Of a DNA stretch of 64,000 nt, positions 11,601 through 24,783 are shown piece by piece. Origin of the DNA: Podarcis gaigeae (taxonomy: Eukaryota); assembly GCA_964106915.2 (NCBI GenBank), contig OZ066927.1; one strand, written 5' to 3'. Position 1 is the stretch's first letter. Each line of letters starts with the position of its first letter. The notes under the pieces were generated by a model. The model had not been told where the DNA came from and ran no database searches. It saw nothing but the letters and a program-made list of their open reading frames with translations. A program made the position numbers and the translations under genes.

Positions 11601-12766
11601 GCATTGTTGGAGCTGTAGTTGTGAAATGTTCTTTTTTTTAAAAAAGAAAAAGTTGAAATGAAAAATCTGCTTGGTTAAGAGTGTGTTTTTTATAAGTATT
11701 TATTCAGCAGACATGCTTTATACAAAAGCTCTTAATGAACTAATATTTGTTTTTTGTCACCCTGGATGTAAAATATTATTATTAATTAAAAATCCAAAAT
11801 TAAAAATTAAAAAATTAACAGCAATATGCATTTACATTTAGTGTAGCCTCCACTCCTTGACATGTTGTTACAGAATATGTACAGTGAAAAACAAAGATGC
11901 TTAGCCACCTGTTATAGGACGGGATATAACTGATTTCTTGTGTACACTCAACTTGAAAACATGTGGACAGTTTCTAGTGTTCGTCTTCTACCATAAGGAC
12001 TAGACTCTTATTCACTTTTGAAAATAAAAGATTTTCAAAATTCTAAGGAAGCAACTTTCATTAGTTCTAAGAAATAAAATTTTGTTGTTTTTGAGACTTG
12101 GTCAGTGGCACATTTGAATCAGGAAGATGAATACAAATGTGTAGAATAGCTAGCAGAATTTTGCAAGAAAGATGTTCCATATTAAAATGCTGATCCAACA
12201 GAAAGGAGGCAACAAAAAAAATCAGGTTTTTAGGGTGTCATCATAGACAAGGCTTTATAAAATTTGCAAGGTATTTGAAAGCAAAGGTGCAGATTTAGGA
12301 ATAAAATTTACAGGGTTAAGGAAGTAAGAAGTTCCACACCCTGTCGGTTTAAATTCCTTAGCTATTGATTGGATTGGCTCTATAGAAAGACAAGAAGAAA
12401 TGCATTTTTTCTAGGCATGTGCTTTGAGATGCTTTTTATTACAGGGTGTGCATAAATGTCGATCACACAAGGGCCACTTTTCTGTGGCTTCTTCACACTC
12501 TATTACAGGAATTCCAGTAAAGCTTGGAATGTACTACCACAAGATATAGCAAAGGTCATTAACTTTTAAAAAGCTATTAGTGGCTGATAATTTTGATCCT
12601 CAAAGGGAGGGAAAATGTATAAAGTACACATTGATACATTTCCTCAAAGGTGGCCAAAATCTGACTTCTTTTGGTTGTGATTTTTATATCATGGTAGATT
12701 CCAGTTTTAACTCTAGAAAATGAAAATCCATACCTTCAAGCATTCCTTTCTCTCTCCTGTTTGCAG

Positions 12767-12815
12767 GTTGTTAAAGGCCTTACATATTTATGGAGTTTAA
12801 AAATTTTACATAGAG
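12767..12815 (+). CDS. MAP2K5: MAP2K5 coding exon (exon 13 eq.), VVKGLTYLWSLKILHR(D)
   Basis: Long pyrimidine tract + tgcAG, 49 nt, GAG|GTGAGT donor. Confidence 0.97.
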
Positions 12816-14162
12816 GTGAGTTGTGGATTTGTTTTTGCATTTTTCCAGTGCATATAATAGTTTGTTTAGTTTCAGAAAAGGAATCACTATGATGTATTCA
12901 AGATTAACAGGTTTCTGGTAGAATGAAGGGTTTTTGGAGGGTTTTTAAAGGGAGCAGCCTGCTTCATCTGTTGCATAAAGTTAACATTTGGCTTGGTGCA
13001 TATAAGTACGGTCTGGGATGGGATTCAGGGTTTTGGAACATAGCTGAAAATTGTGGGAGTGGAAATTGCTGATGATGGCTGAAATATTATAAATATCATC
13101 CAAAGCAAATGAAAAGCAATTTACATTTTGATATTTCTCTGGCCATGCACCCATCAAGAATAATTTCTCAGAGTAGTATGTGAGCCATAGAGTTGTGATT
13201 TGGCACCTTACAACAGCTGTTCAGGCCCCAGTATTGTAGTTCATTGTTCCCTGCTTTGGAGCTGATTGGCTCCTTCTGGGTAATGACCAGTCACCAGCAC
13301 CTCCCAAATGGATGTCCCACCTGATGTACAGGTGAGAAGTATGGCAGATGCATCCCATGGTGACAAACTTCTCTTGCTGAGGTTTCAGCTTGGCCTTTTC
13401 AACTGGAGCACCCCAATCTGTCATCAGTGGCTGATATGCATAATGAAAACTATCCAGTGTGAACCCTCAAACTGCAGATTTTGCAGAGCAGAGATAATCC
13501 TACTGATGCAGCCATCCAGTCTTTAAATGAGCTAATTTGTGAACCCACCCTTGAGCTCTTAGAATAGCCAGCAACCTCCAGAGGGAGCAGGCGACCAGGG
13601 TCAGAACAGCAGCAACAATTTGTCTGCTGTTACTGCTAATGCACAGGGGGTGGTGAAACATACATTCATATGTATATGTAGATATGTGTTGCTGCTGATA
13701 ATTATCTCTTAGCAATTCACATCTCAAACAGGGTTTTGTATTTCTCAGTTTCCTTGAACTTTGGAATTCTGCACTCTAATGCTTGCGTGCAATTCAAGAG
13801 GAGAGGGTGGCTTTTGTTTTTTAAAAATATTTTGAATAAAATGGATTTTTAAAATATCTATTTGGTATTGAATAAGGCAACTGCATTCAACTTCTTGACC
13901 CTCTCCTTGACATTTTTGTAACAGCTAGAAAAGAGTTGCCCACATGCCATTTATCCAGTAGCCTGGTAAAAAATAGCTCAGATGGAGGTGGAATGAAAAG
14001 GCATCTGTTCATCCTCCATAAGGCTTGTCTCATATAAATAATTGGTATTAAGGAAACACTTGTGATGATGGGCACATAATGTTCCATTTTGGCTCTTGTT
14101 TAAATTCTTCCACATTCAAAATGGAAGTATTAATCACAAAACAGATGCTTTGGGAGAACATT

Positions 14163-14164
<2 letters not shown>

Positions 14165-14194
<30 letters not shown>
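14165..14194. repeat. (AC)15 microsatellite
   Basis: Read directly. Confidence 0.97.
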
Positions 14195-14200
<6 letters not shown>

Positions 14201-15028
14201 CTTTCTCTAGGTTTATTTATTTTCTTGAAGAAATAAAGGTGCATTTTTTAAAAATTCCAATAAAAATTGTGGTAGATATATGTTGCCTGGTTGGTTTTCC
14301 GCAATTAATGAAGTCTTGTCACACCTAAAAGGCTAGCAATTTTTATTGTGGCAATGTATTAGTCTTTTAAGGTACCACAATACTCTCTGTTGATTAATGC
14401 TTCTCCTCTGGAAATTGTTTCCACTATCTGTCTGTTTTGAAGATTTAAAGAAATCTCACTCTAGAGCAGAGATGGCAAAACACGCATGCTACCAAAGAGC
14501 TTATAGCTCCTATTTGGGATATTTTTGAAGAATGTAAACCTCAACCCCCAGCACAACTGCTGTCCTCCATGCCATGTGTTTAACTTAGAGGTGGGGACCT
14601 TTTTCAGCCTGAGAGCTGATTTACCTTCTGGGCAAGCTTCAGAAAGCCAAATGCACATGTGAGTGGGTTCAAGGGGGAAACTGGGTCCAGTGACTAATGC
14701 AAATTATAAGGTCTGACTCAGCAGATAAGATTGTGTTGTTGTTGTTGTTTTGGGGTTTTTTTGCAAGGCATAGCCTCAGAACAACAAGAAAAGCTCTTAG
14801 ACATTAATTGGTACATAATACGATCAAAATATGAGTCCCATATGAGTGTGGATGAGCCCTAAGCCTTCAAGCACAGATGTGTGTGTGTTTCAAATAAACT
14901 TAGTACAGCAGCCAGAAAACTTTTATGTCTCTTTATAAATGATAAGCTATATATAGTAAGCTATATTTAATGAAGTGTGAATGCTGTATGGCTTTGCTTC
15001 CTTATCATGTGTTGCTGTCCCCTTACAG

Positions 15029-15102
15029 ATGTGAAGCCCTCAAATATGTTGGTGAACACAAGAGGCCAAGTCAAGTTATGTGACTTTGGGGTCAGCACAC
15101 AG
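15029..15102 (+). CDS. MAP2K5: MAP2K5 coding exon (exon 14 eq.), (D)[24 protein letters not shown], catalytic loop and DFG
   Basis: ttacAG acceptor, 74 nt, CAG|GTACCT donor; completes HRDVKPSN. Confidence 0.97.
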
Positions 15103-16121
15103 GTACCTTCATTTCTTCTGCCCTTTCATCTATATCCCTCCTGTTAGCTTGTGTTTTCCAGACTGGCCACAAGACAAGCAGAGCCCCTTGCAAGCAAGCT
15201 TGGCTCTGCTGGGAATGGGGGATTCATCCCTTTTTTTTTTTTAATCTCCTGGTGACTTTTCTTCATCAGAATATGATTGTTCATTGTTTAATGACAGTAA
15301 AAACTGCTGATATTGTAATTACTACTTACGAATAGCAAACTTCATTGATATGCAGCTTGGCTCTGAAAGCGTTTGGATCAAACAAAAGGGAGGGCAGAGC
15401 GGGAGGATCGCCTGGGGAGCCCAACTGGCCCACAGTAAAAATTAATATTGGGAGCAACAATGGTGGTGGGCTTCAACAATGTGCAGCACAAATTTTAATT
15501 AATTTCCATTTTGGGCTTCCCTTGAGAACCTCTGTGATACTGACCCATGAGCTTGCTGCAATGTTGAATTGAATTGCAGCCACCTTTCCTCCCAGCCAAA
15601 CATGAGGACCAAAGAGAAGGTCACTGCTGTATTATACGTTGTCAAAGTCTGTTGTCCCTCCAGCATATTTAGTGTTCATTCCAGCCTGATAATGAAGGTG
15701 GCTTTATTCACATCTTGAGCCAGCTGACAGTGGGGGGGGGGGGGAGGACGGCTGACTGGATGTGCTGAAAATAAAATAAAATAAAAACCCTCCTTCCAAT
15801 TGACTATTTATATCCAACTGGTTGGTGGAGCACTAAAATCTCTAAGCATCCTGTTTAAAAGAGAATTGTCTTTAAGGTTATCTGCCATAAAGTGAAATAC
15901 TGTGGTTGTTTTAAATTAGGGCTCTTGTTCAAAAGGAAAGAGAGATTTAATCATTTTTAATGCCTTCACAGGCAAATTTGTTTCCTCACACACACATACA
16001 CACTTTATATAATTTTTAGCTGATTTATACATGGAATGATTGTAGGTTAAATGAGGAATAATTGCCCGTTTTATTCCCACATTATCTTTATATGGCTCTA
16101 ACAGGCTGTTTTGTCTGATAG

Positions 16122-16172
16122 CTGGTGAATTCCATAGCCAAGACGTATGTCGGGACAAATGCTTATATGGCG
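16122..16172 (+). CDS. MAP2K5: MAP2K5 coding exon (exon 15 eq.), LVNSIAKTYVGTNAYMA, activation loop with SxxxT phospho-sites
   Basis: gatAG acceptor, 51 nt, GCG|GTAAGT donor. Confidence 0.97.
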
Positions 16173-16836
16173 GTAAGTAAATGTATGCAGATACTTCTGT
16201 TGCAGACAAATAGCCTTTAGTGGGCTGCTCAATTCTGTCTGTAGTTTTTAGTTCGGGTGCTGTTACTTCTGCTGTTAGGTGTCTTAAGGCTTTCTTAGTA
16301 AACAGATATGGAAATAAGGAAACTGTATGTTTTTTAATGTGACGTGAGGAATAGTAATATAGAAAGCTAAAGTGCACATACCCAACTCCTGTGCCTGCAA
16401 GGTCAACTCATTCCCTTTGACAGATGAGGCAGCTCTGTGGGTGTACCCCATAACAAATGGAAAGCCCCGTGTGCAGAGGGGGTTTGGGTGTGCAGAGAAG
16501 GAGCATGTGTGGTTCATGAGAGATCCATCTAATTTGGGGGGATTTGTGTTCAGTTCCGTGCTCCACCATGAAGGCCCTGTCCACTTCTTCAGTGTAACTC
16601 GGGGTTGTAAAAATAATGGGGAAAGTGATACAGAAATAATAGAACATAAAGCCAATAAAAATGATTCTTGGTTGTGTTTTGAAGCTCTTGGGTGGGGGTA
16701 AATGCCACATGTGGGCTGTCGCCATGTAGGAAGGCAAGAGGGTGGGTGTGGGTTGTATTTCTTGGCTTGCTGCTGTCACAGAGTCTCTAGGACCTTGAAA
16801 GGAAACCTCACAGGCTAACTGAGTGCTTTCCTAGTA

Positions 16837-17101
16837 CAGTGGTGCCCCGCAAGACGAAAGGGTTTTTCGGTTTTTGCATCGCTTCACTAGACGAATTTCC
16901 CTATGGGCTTGCTTTGCAAGAGGAAAAGTCTTGCGAGTTCTTGCGAGTTTTTTTCCTTTTTCTTAAAGCCGCTAAGCCATTAATAGCCGCTAAGCCGTTA
17001 ATAGCCGCTAAGCCGCTAATAGCCCTGCTTCGCAAGACGAAAAAACCGCAAGACGAAGAGACTCGCGGAACGGATTAATTTCGTCTTGCGAGGCACCACT
17101 G
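16837..17101. mobile_element. Tigger/pogo-like MITE, young and CpG-rich
   Basis: 23-bp TIR CAGTGGTGCCCCGCAAGACGAAA with 1 mismatch, TA TSD on both sides, internal 18-bp tandem x3. Confidence 0.92.
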
Positions 17102-19829
17102 TAAGCTTTTTTGGTGCCTCTTCAGGTACTAAAAAGAACAGAAGTGTGAGAGATCAGCCTCTGCAAATGGCCGGCAGCATAAAGCCTGTGGATTAGCCTT
17201 ATTGCTCTTGCCTGGTCAGCTGTAACAGTTGTTCCTGCCTTCTGGTGTTCATGCTCAGGTGCAGCCATCCTCTGGCTGAAGCTGAGGGAAGTTGTAGTCC
17301 TAAACAGCTGGAGGGCACCAGGTTGGGGAACATTATTCTAGTGCATGCCCTCATTCCATTCCTATCTCTGATATATAGTTCAGTGTTCCAGGCATCTTGA
17401 GAATAGACGTTATGAATATGTGACTTTTAATTGTGCTTGGGCATTTGCACAGGTTGGGTGTGCTCAAATGCTAGTCCAAATGATAGAGATTGGCCTCTGC
17501 TATTCTGGGACCCTGCCTGCACCACAGATGAAGGTGGTTCGTTGGGTTTGCCAAATGCCTTGAGCGCAGGCTCCCCCTTTGCAGGAACGATGTCATTGCT
17601 GGCACTCCATTGCCTTCCCCTTTCTGCTTAAAGAGGAAAGATTTCCTGCACTCTAAGCAGGAATATGAGTAATCTTGAATTGTGAATACTGCAGATACTA
17701 TTTTTTCTTTCTTTTGCAATCATTGATTCGCTTCACATTTTTCTAGCAAATGTATTTGGATCACTTAACGTCCTAAAGTACAGAATGACAAATATGTAAA
17801 AGGGCTTTAAAGGTATTGCTTTTGATAAGTCCAGCTTGCCGGTTGCCACATCTCTATCTCCTCAAAAGCTGGAACACTCTGATTTAAGCAGTGGGAGGAC
17901 TTCAAACAAATTATTCTACCCAACTCCAGCTTTTCTTCTGGATGCCTTTAAATAGCTGTAATAATTAAATTGTATTATTCCTTTTAATGTACAAACCTCG
18001 ATTACACATCTATTTCCCAGGTGTACATTAAAGAAATTACTTCTTTTCTTATTGTTTACGGATGACTGTGATGCATCCATCTGTTAATTGAAAAAAGTGA
18101 GGATTAAAGCTGTAAGATGTTTTGTCAGTTCTTCTGTTAGGACTGCTTTGCTGCTTGAATGAATTTGTTTCCAGTCATCAGATTATTTTTTTGGTGTAAT
18201 CTTGAAAGAAAGGGGGGATGCATATAACACTAGGAATGAAGAGAGGGACAGAACTGTATCCTGTTCCATCTGGTGCACAGGAGATGAGATGGACAGATGT
18301 AACTGTTTTGTGGGCTCCTTGCAGCGCCTTTGTTGTTTGGAGGGCTGACATGGGGCTGAGCAGAATGCAAACAGTGGAAGCCAATTGACTTGGTCTCAAA
18401 CTAAGAAGAGCTTGTAACAGAAAACAGATGCAACAGTCCCCACATATGTCTAAGCTTAACTTTGTGAAATTTATACCAGGAGTAGCTTACCTTAGATAAA
18501 CACACATACACTTTTCCAAAGAGTTGAGCAGCAGCTTTTTCTTGTTAGCAAAGTTTTTCTGCACCTTCATTAGTGAAGGAAATTGTCCTTCCCCCACCCA
18601 CTGCTTCAAGCACTCTGCTCGAGGAAGTGTTCAGAGGGGCACATTTAGTGGTGGATCAGGTGTCTCATGGCTGGCCTTCTGTCACCTGGCGTGGAAGCAG
18701 CTCAGAAACATTGCCTCAAGATGTCAAGGATGCTTCTGCCCTCCCTCTGGCCTTTCAGCTGTGGTGCTGGCAGCTCACTGTAACAAATTTGCAAGCTGGT
18801 GCCTAAGCAACATGGCTGTATGGATACTGCGATACCAGTTCCTACCTGGAATCAGTCTTCTTCTTAATAGAATGATTGTTGCTTAAAATTATACAGTGAA
18901 AAAAGGTTACAGGCAGACAAATCCCTACCCTAACAGCTTCAGATCTGAAGCAGGGATGGCAACCTGACAGTTTGATCTGCCCACAGAGCCATTCTGTTTG
19001 TTCCCTAGTGGGAACCAAATTTCAATCAAGGTATAAAGGAAAACGTGCCAGTAATTCAGCTTGCGAGTAATAACAATAAAAAATCCTCCAAAGTTGAGTG
19101 GCAGAGAGATTCCAAAAACCTGTGGGTACTGCTTTATTCTATATAATTCTGTGTCTAGGCTATTCAAATTGTGTGCTAAGGAAAGCTATGCCCTGTATGA
19201 ATGAGGCAAATTGAGCCTATTTGCATAATTTATTCTGTGATTTTAAAAATTATTTTGCATAATTTATTCTACTACTTCTAAGTTACAGAGAAGAGCAAGG
19301 GATAGGCAGACCACTGAAATCTTGTGCTCTGTCCAAACTCGCATTGCTTAGCAAGTGTTTGCAGCCATAAAAGCTAGGAACTGTTTTTAACGGAGGTTTT
19401 TAGGAAGTGAAATTCTGCAGCGCTATTACATTCTGCGCTCTTCCCCCTTTTGCTGCTCCTATAAAATTGCAGCACACACATGTACTTGCGCAGATTTGAT
19501 GGCATTTCAGCTGACATAGCTGTCAAGTCTCTGAAACCGCTCTGAGAAGATGATTAGAAAGGAGAAAGTGAACTGCTTTTTGAGAGTAATTTATGGACTT
19601 CTGAAATGTTTGCTACCAGAACTGGCCTAACATGAGCCCTACCAAGGTTGCCTCTGTACATGACAGAGGGGACATTATTGCCTGTCTGGAGAGCCTGGTG
19701 GCTGCCCTCAGTGGCAAGTTGTACAAACTGGGGGAAGAGAAGCCGACCTGGGAGCTCTTTGGGGGGGCAGAAGCTGGAATTGGCTCTCCAGGATTAACTG
19801 TCTGTAGTTCCCTCCCCTGACTAGCTTTT

Positions 19830-20020
19830 CATAAAACCATAAGAATATCCCTACTGGATCAGGCTGAAGCAGGCCTCTAGTCCAGCATCCTGTTCTCAGA
19901 TTGGCCAACCAGATGCTGCAATGGGAAACCAGCAGGACCTGAGAGTGCAGCAGCACTCTCCCCACTTGTGATTCCCACTAACAGGTATTTAGAGGCATAC
20001 TGCCTCTGACAGTGGAGGGA
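19830..20020 (-). mobile_element. CR1 LINE 3' end
   Basis: CATAAGA tail, CTAGTCCAGCATCCTGTTCTCA..GGCCAACCAGATGC..TACTGCCTCTGACAGTGGAGG. Confidence 0.7.
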
Positions 20021-21798
20021 TCTAGAGTCTGACCTCTCAGACCCCCAGTTCAAGCCCTACAGTCCATGATAAGCTCAGGACAGGAAAGGCTCACCTTTCC
20101 AGAACACCGCTACTGCTTTGCCTTTGTTCATAGGGACTCAGCTCAGAAGTGCTATGGTCTGTTCTCTACATGTGCTTTGCTTCTGGGAGGATTCTGCTCT
20201 CTGTACTGTCTAGAAGGCTGAGTCTTAAAGACCATTTAGGCCATTGTGTCTGTGTTTTTTACTTAACGTTTACTTGGCGCTAAAAGCTCCTGACCTGGGA
20301 TTAGCAGCTGAGAGGAAGCACGTTCGACTGGCACTAATTTGGGTGCGTTTGTTTTCTCTAAAGGCTTCTGGGTTATTATAGAGTGGAGGGGGAAAGGAGT
20401 TGTGCAAGGTGCCTGAACTAGACAGGTGCATTAACAGCACAGTGGGAAAGAGAGTCTTGTCGAGTCTTTTTATTGTTGCATTTCACACTGTACTTGACCT
20501 TGGCAATACTTAGAGCACAGCTTTTGAGTAAAAGAGCTGGCTGGCTATTTTGCGTTCCTTGCTGTCTCGAGCGGTATTAAACTTGCCACTAATTGGTGTG
20601 AGCTGAACCTCTTTTATTTGCAGGTTGCAATGTGCATTAGCTTGGGAACAGTTAAACAAGAGCTGGTTTTCTGTGGACACCCTCCTTGCTTGCTTCACAC
20701 ATTCATACAGATATGCTAGTAACTTGCTTAAGACAGACGACATGAAAATAGAGATGCATATGTGAGCATTGTTGGGAAAGTGATGACCTGAGTAGTTTAT
20801 GGCATCTAATTTTATTTTGATTGCTTTGTTGTCTATAAGGGTACATTTATTCTAACTTAACAGAGACTCTGGGATAGAAATAGAAATAAGTATTATTGAA
20901 GGGTCCATATAGTGGGGGCTGCTCTTAGGGCACTCCCAGGAAGTTGCCCTGTGGTAGCATTTTTAGGGGTATTCCAGTTGGAAAGGTCGGCCTCCTCGGT
21001 GACATTTTGGTTGCTCAGTTGCAATGAGAGAATGGTGGTCCTGTTGCTGTATAAGAGCAGTCAGAAACACAAGGAATACTAGCCCTGAATAGGTGAGGCT
21101 ACACGTGATACTGTAACTCCATCCAGTATTGTATGTCACAAGAGTGCACAGTGCAGTTTGGCCATGCTTGGCAAAGCTACATACAACTGAGGCTGGCATA
21201 CTGCCTTTGGGGCAGTAATTGGGTCGCGTGGTGTACTCCCTGCCAACCCATTGGCTCCTGGTTTCCAATTCTAAATGCCCCACCAACACTTTGCTGCTCT
21301 GACAACCCACCCCAGTCAAGCTGGCCTCATGTTTCATGCTTGCTTCCTTCTCAGCTCCATTCTGAAAAAGAGTGCTGTCCCTCAAACCCCAAGCAACTTT
21401 TGGCTTCTCACCATTCCACTCTCTGCCAGTTGTGCTGCTTGCCCAAACGTTTCCAGTTTCACCTCTTTAGTCCCTTCCATGTCTCATTGTATCCTTGTGA
21501 TACAATTGCCTTCTAAAGTTGCCACTCATACTCTGTGCAGCTAGGATTGTTGTTCCCTCTCCTGCCAACATAACCTACATGAGAGCTTATCTTATGGGTC
21601 CCAATTAGGAGAGTGAAGAGAAAAGTCCTTAAAGTCTGCTTTTGCTGTTGAAATAAATTCAGCAGAGTACATGCTTTCAAACATTTTTATCAAAATTTTA
21701 GCATCTGAGTTTTCATTTTCCTTCTCTAATTAAGATTGTGTTTTTATTTCTTGACATTTCATTAGGTTCAGTTATCTCTCCCCATTTGCTTTTAACAG

Positions 21799-21870
21799 CC
21801 AGAACGCATTTCAGGAGAGCAGTATGGGATTCATTCTGATGTTTGGAGCCTAGGGATTTCCTTCATGGAG
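21799..21870 (+). CDS. MAP2K5: MAP2K5 coding exon (exon 16 eq.), PERISGEQYGIHSDVWSLGISFME
   Basis: aacAG acceptor, 72 nt, GAG|GTAGGT donor; completes APE and DVWSLG motifs. Confidence 0.97.
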
Positions 21871-23884
21871 GTAGGTGCCTTTATATGTTTGTTTTTCAAC
21901 TATATAAAAAGAACACAGTTGGGTTTTGATTCCTGATTCATGCAGGTTTAGGTGTTTTTAAAGAGATCCTGCATATGAAAATTTTGCATGGGGGAAATAA
22001 CGTGTGAGCCAAGTAATCCATGTTGATGCCCAAGCCACAGACGATCACTCCCTCCCTCCCTTCTTTTGAGGGAGAGGCATCCTGTGGAATGGGGGCTACT
22101 AGAGGACCAGGCATCAGCATGGATAGCCCAGCTCACACACCGTTTGGGAAGCTAATGGGAGTATAGGGCTATTCTTTCTGAGGGATTTGTAAACCTGTGA
22201 ACTGGGATTAAGATTACAAAGTGACTGCACTTTGGAGCATCCTTGTGCATGTTGAATAGTATTAAACAACCATTGTTTAGTCTCTATGTTTTATTTAGAA
22301 AGGATTTGTTCTTCAGAAAGAAGTTTCTCTTGAGGTTTTTATCTCGAGGTTGGAAAGACCCCATACTGGCTACATCATCTTATAGCCTATGGGTGGGATT
22401 CAGTGTTGTGCTAAAGCCATTGTTCTATCAACACAAGCTTTTCTGCTTGCCAGAGGGGACTGTTTTCCCCATCCTCTCCCTGCACTGTTATGCGCAGGAA
22501 GCAGTGGGGTGGTTTTTTTGAGGGAGTGCAAGAGGAGCCCCATTGCACCAGTACAACATCTTAGTTGAATCTAGCCCATAGAATGAACTTCAATTTCAGT
22601 TCTGCCTCTATTGTTGTTCCATGCCTGCAACTTGGGTTGCCAAATGTTAGGTTGGGCATGCTTTGCAGGTAAGTGAAATGGACCACCCCTTTGCCAGATA
22701 ACTGGAGGGTGCAGGAAATGGGTGCTCAACTCATGGCTAGCTTGGTCAGGCCAAAGACATCGGCCAGGTTTCTGTAACATTTTGAGGTATTGCTGTTGCA
22801 GTTAAGAGTGTTCATCTGAAGTTTTTTTGGCATGATGAGTAAAATTTGTATATATCCTGGCCATCATTAATATGCTTTATGACCTGGGTGGTAATCTACT
22901 CTTAGCTGCAACCACAATTATAATGTGGATAATTCAGAATGTTACAAAACCTGTCCTATGGCTTTGGCTTGACCTGAACCTCCATCTCATGTGTTAAGCT
23001 CATTTCTCATCTTGACATACCACACATAGTTATTATGATAAAATTGGAGGCCCCCTTTCTGCTTCCTGTTGCTAACACGGCATGATGACTTCAGATAAGT
23101 AATCTGCTCCCCCCACAACTAAATGTTTGAGTCCTATAGCGGGGATAGTTAAACTTAATACCAGAGAGTTTGTGCAAAGAGCCCTGGGCCTGGGTAGTGC
23201 CATCTCTTTGCACAGGGAGGGTCTGCTTATTGCCTCTTCTTGAACAAACTTCCTTTCCTCTTCTTCGCCTTCTGCTTGCTTTTCTCTCCTGAGTCAGAAG
23301 CATGGAACAATTTGTCTCTGTGTGCTTTGTTAATTGGTGTGTCATCTGCTCCTCGGAGACCTCTCCTCAACATGATCGTTGTTTTATTGAAGTGGTTTGA
23401 GTGATGTGTTAAATGAGGAGAGCGAGGGAAAATGGCTTTAGAAAGGTGAAGGTGATGCTCCAGGAAGCCATGCAAGGTCATTGCCATTAAAGTCACACTC
23501 TCTGTTGACACTGGGATGGACCAGGGAGCATTTGGAGAGGACAGCTGGAGTTTATGTTGGAATTTCCAAACATCCCTTTTGAGCCAGACTTTGTGTCATT
23601 GAGCTAGTGTGTTCCTTAGATCCCTTGGGTAATAAAGCTAAAGAGGTTTTCTCTGCACTTCTTTTATTCAGAAAAAGAAAAGATGCCAGAGCTTAGAAAT
23701 GTGTCAGAGTCCTTGATCCCACATGCATCCAGTGGGTTGAGTCATGAGATTGAGGCATTCTGTGAAAGCAGGTGCACTCTCTTCTGAACAATTGCTTCAT
23801 GTGTGTCAGGGCTGAGATCTAATATTGAAAGTTTCTGGGGTAACCAGGAAAACTGCTGGTCCTAGTCTGGGCAACAATCTATAC

Positions 23885-24005
23885 CAACCTTCCCCCACCT
23901 GGGGTCCTGCAAATGTTTGGACCGCAACTCCCAATGGCTGTGCTGCTTGAGGCTAATGGGAGTTGTAGTCCAAAACATCTGGAGGGCCCCAGATAGAGGG
24001 TAGCT
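23885..24005. mobile_element. Palindromic MITE, diverged
   Basis: GGGAGTTGTAGTCCAAAACATCTGGAGGGC family motif with its inverted partner. Confidence 0.7.
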
Positions 24006-24597
24006 GATATTCTTCTGGATGACAATAGGCTACTTCTATACTGTAGATTCATTAGTCATATGGTAGGGTAATAAAAAGAGAATTGAGACATGTAAGGCCA
24101 TTTGTTCTGAACAGCTATTGCATTCTGCTCACTCCTAACAGACCCTAAAAAAAGGCTACTCTTTGCATCGTTGTGTAGGGGGAAAGAGCCCAGCCTGACA
24201 GCAGTGCAGTAATGCTTCAGAGCCTGCTTGAACTCTGTTGTCAACCTGAAATTTATTTTAGTCTTCTAAGCTTGGAGCAAAATGTGTGCATCTGCCTGCT
24301 ACCAAGTCAGACTATTTATCCATTTTGTTCAGTATTGTGTACCCTAAACTACCCTTCATGTTTACATTCTCACTTTTTAAAAAGTGTGTGTAACTGGGTT
24401 GCTTCCATTTTGAAGGAAAAAAGGTTACAGGACGCAATTGTATCTTAAATCTACTTAATTTTGAAGAGGAGGGGGTAGTAAACAGTAAACGGCAAATAGG
24501 CCTTCTGCAGGTTTTGACCCAGAGAATATCTGAGAAAATCAGTGGAAGAGAGAAGGAAGCTTAGAATGTGTTACATTACAGATGTAGATACATGAGA

Positions 24598-24783
24598 AAG
24601 CTATAGTTCAGTGGTAGAGCATGTGCTTTGCTTGTCAATGGTCCCAGGTTCAGTTGCTGGCATTGCTAGGACTGGGAAGAAACATTGTTTGTAATAGCCT
24701 TTGGAAAGCTGCTGCCAGGCTGAGTAAATGGTACATGGCTGAATGGACCAGTTGTTTGACTTGGTATTAGGCAGCATCATATG
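24598..24783 (+). mobile_element. tRNA-derived SINE (Squam2-like)
   Basis: TAGTTCAGTGGTAGAGCA A box, GGTTCAG B-box-like, 3' part ATGGACCA..AGGCAGC shared with the 25650, 31905 and 33190 copies. Confidence 0.65.

Noticed and set aside
13068-13100. CTGATGA..GAAA hammerhead-like boxes
   Set aside because: The 5-nt spacer cannot form stem II, and stem I is absent.
16839-17078. ORF with (AAKPLI)x3 and a CRISPR-like repeat appearance
   Set aside because: An 18-bp tandem repeat without spacers inside a MITE; eukaryotic context, no cas genes.
23666-23685. ATTCAGAAAAA as a possible exon 18 start (IQK)
   Set aside because: Upstream of exon 17, no acceptor AG, and it does not continue NQGSLM.
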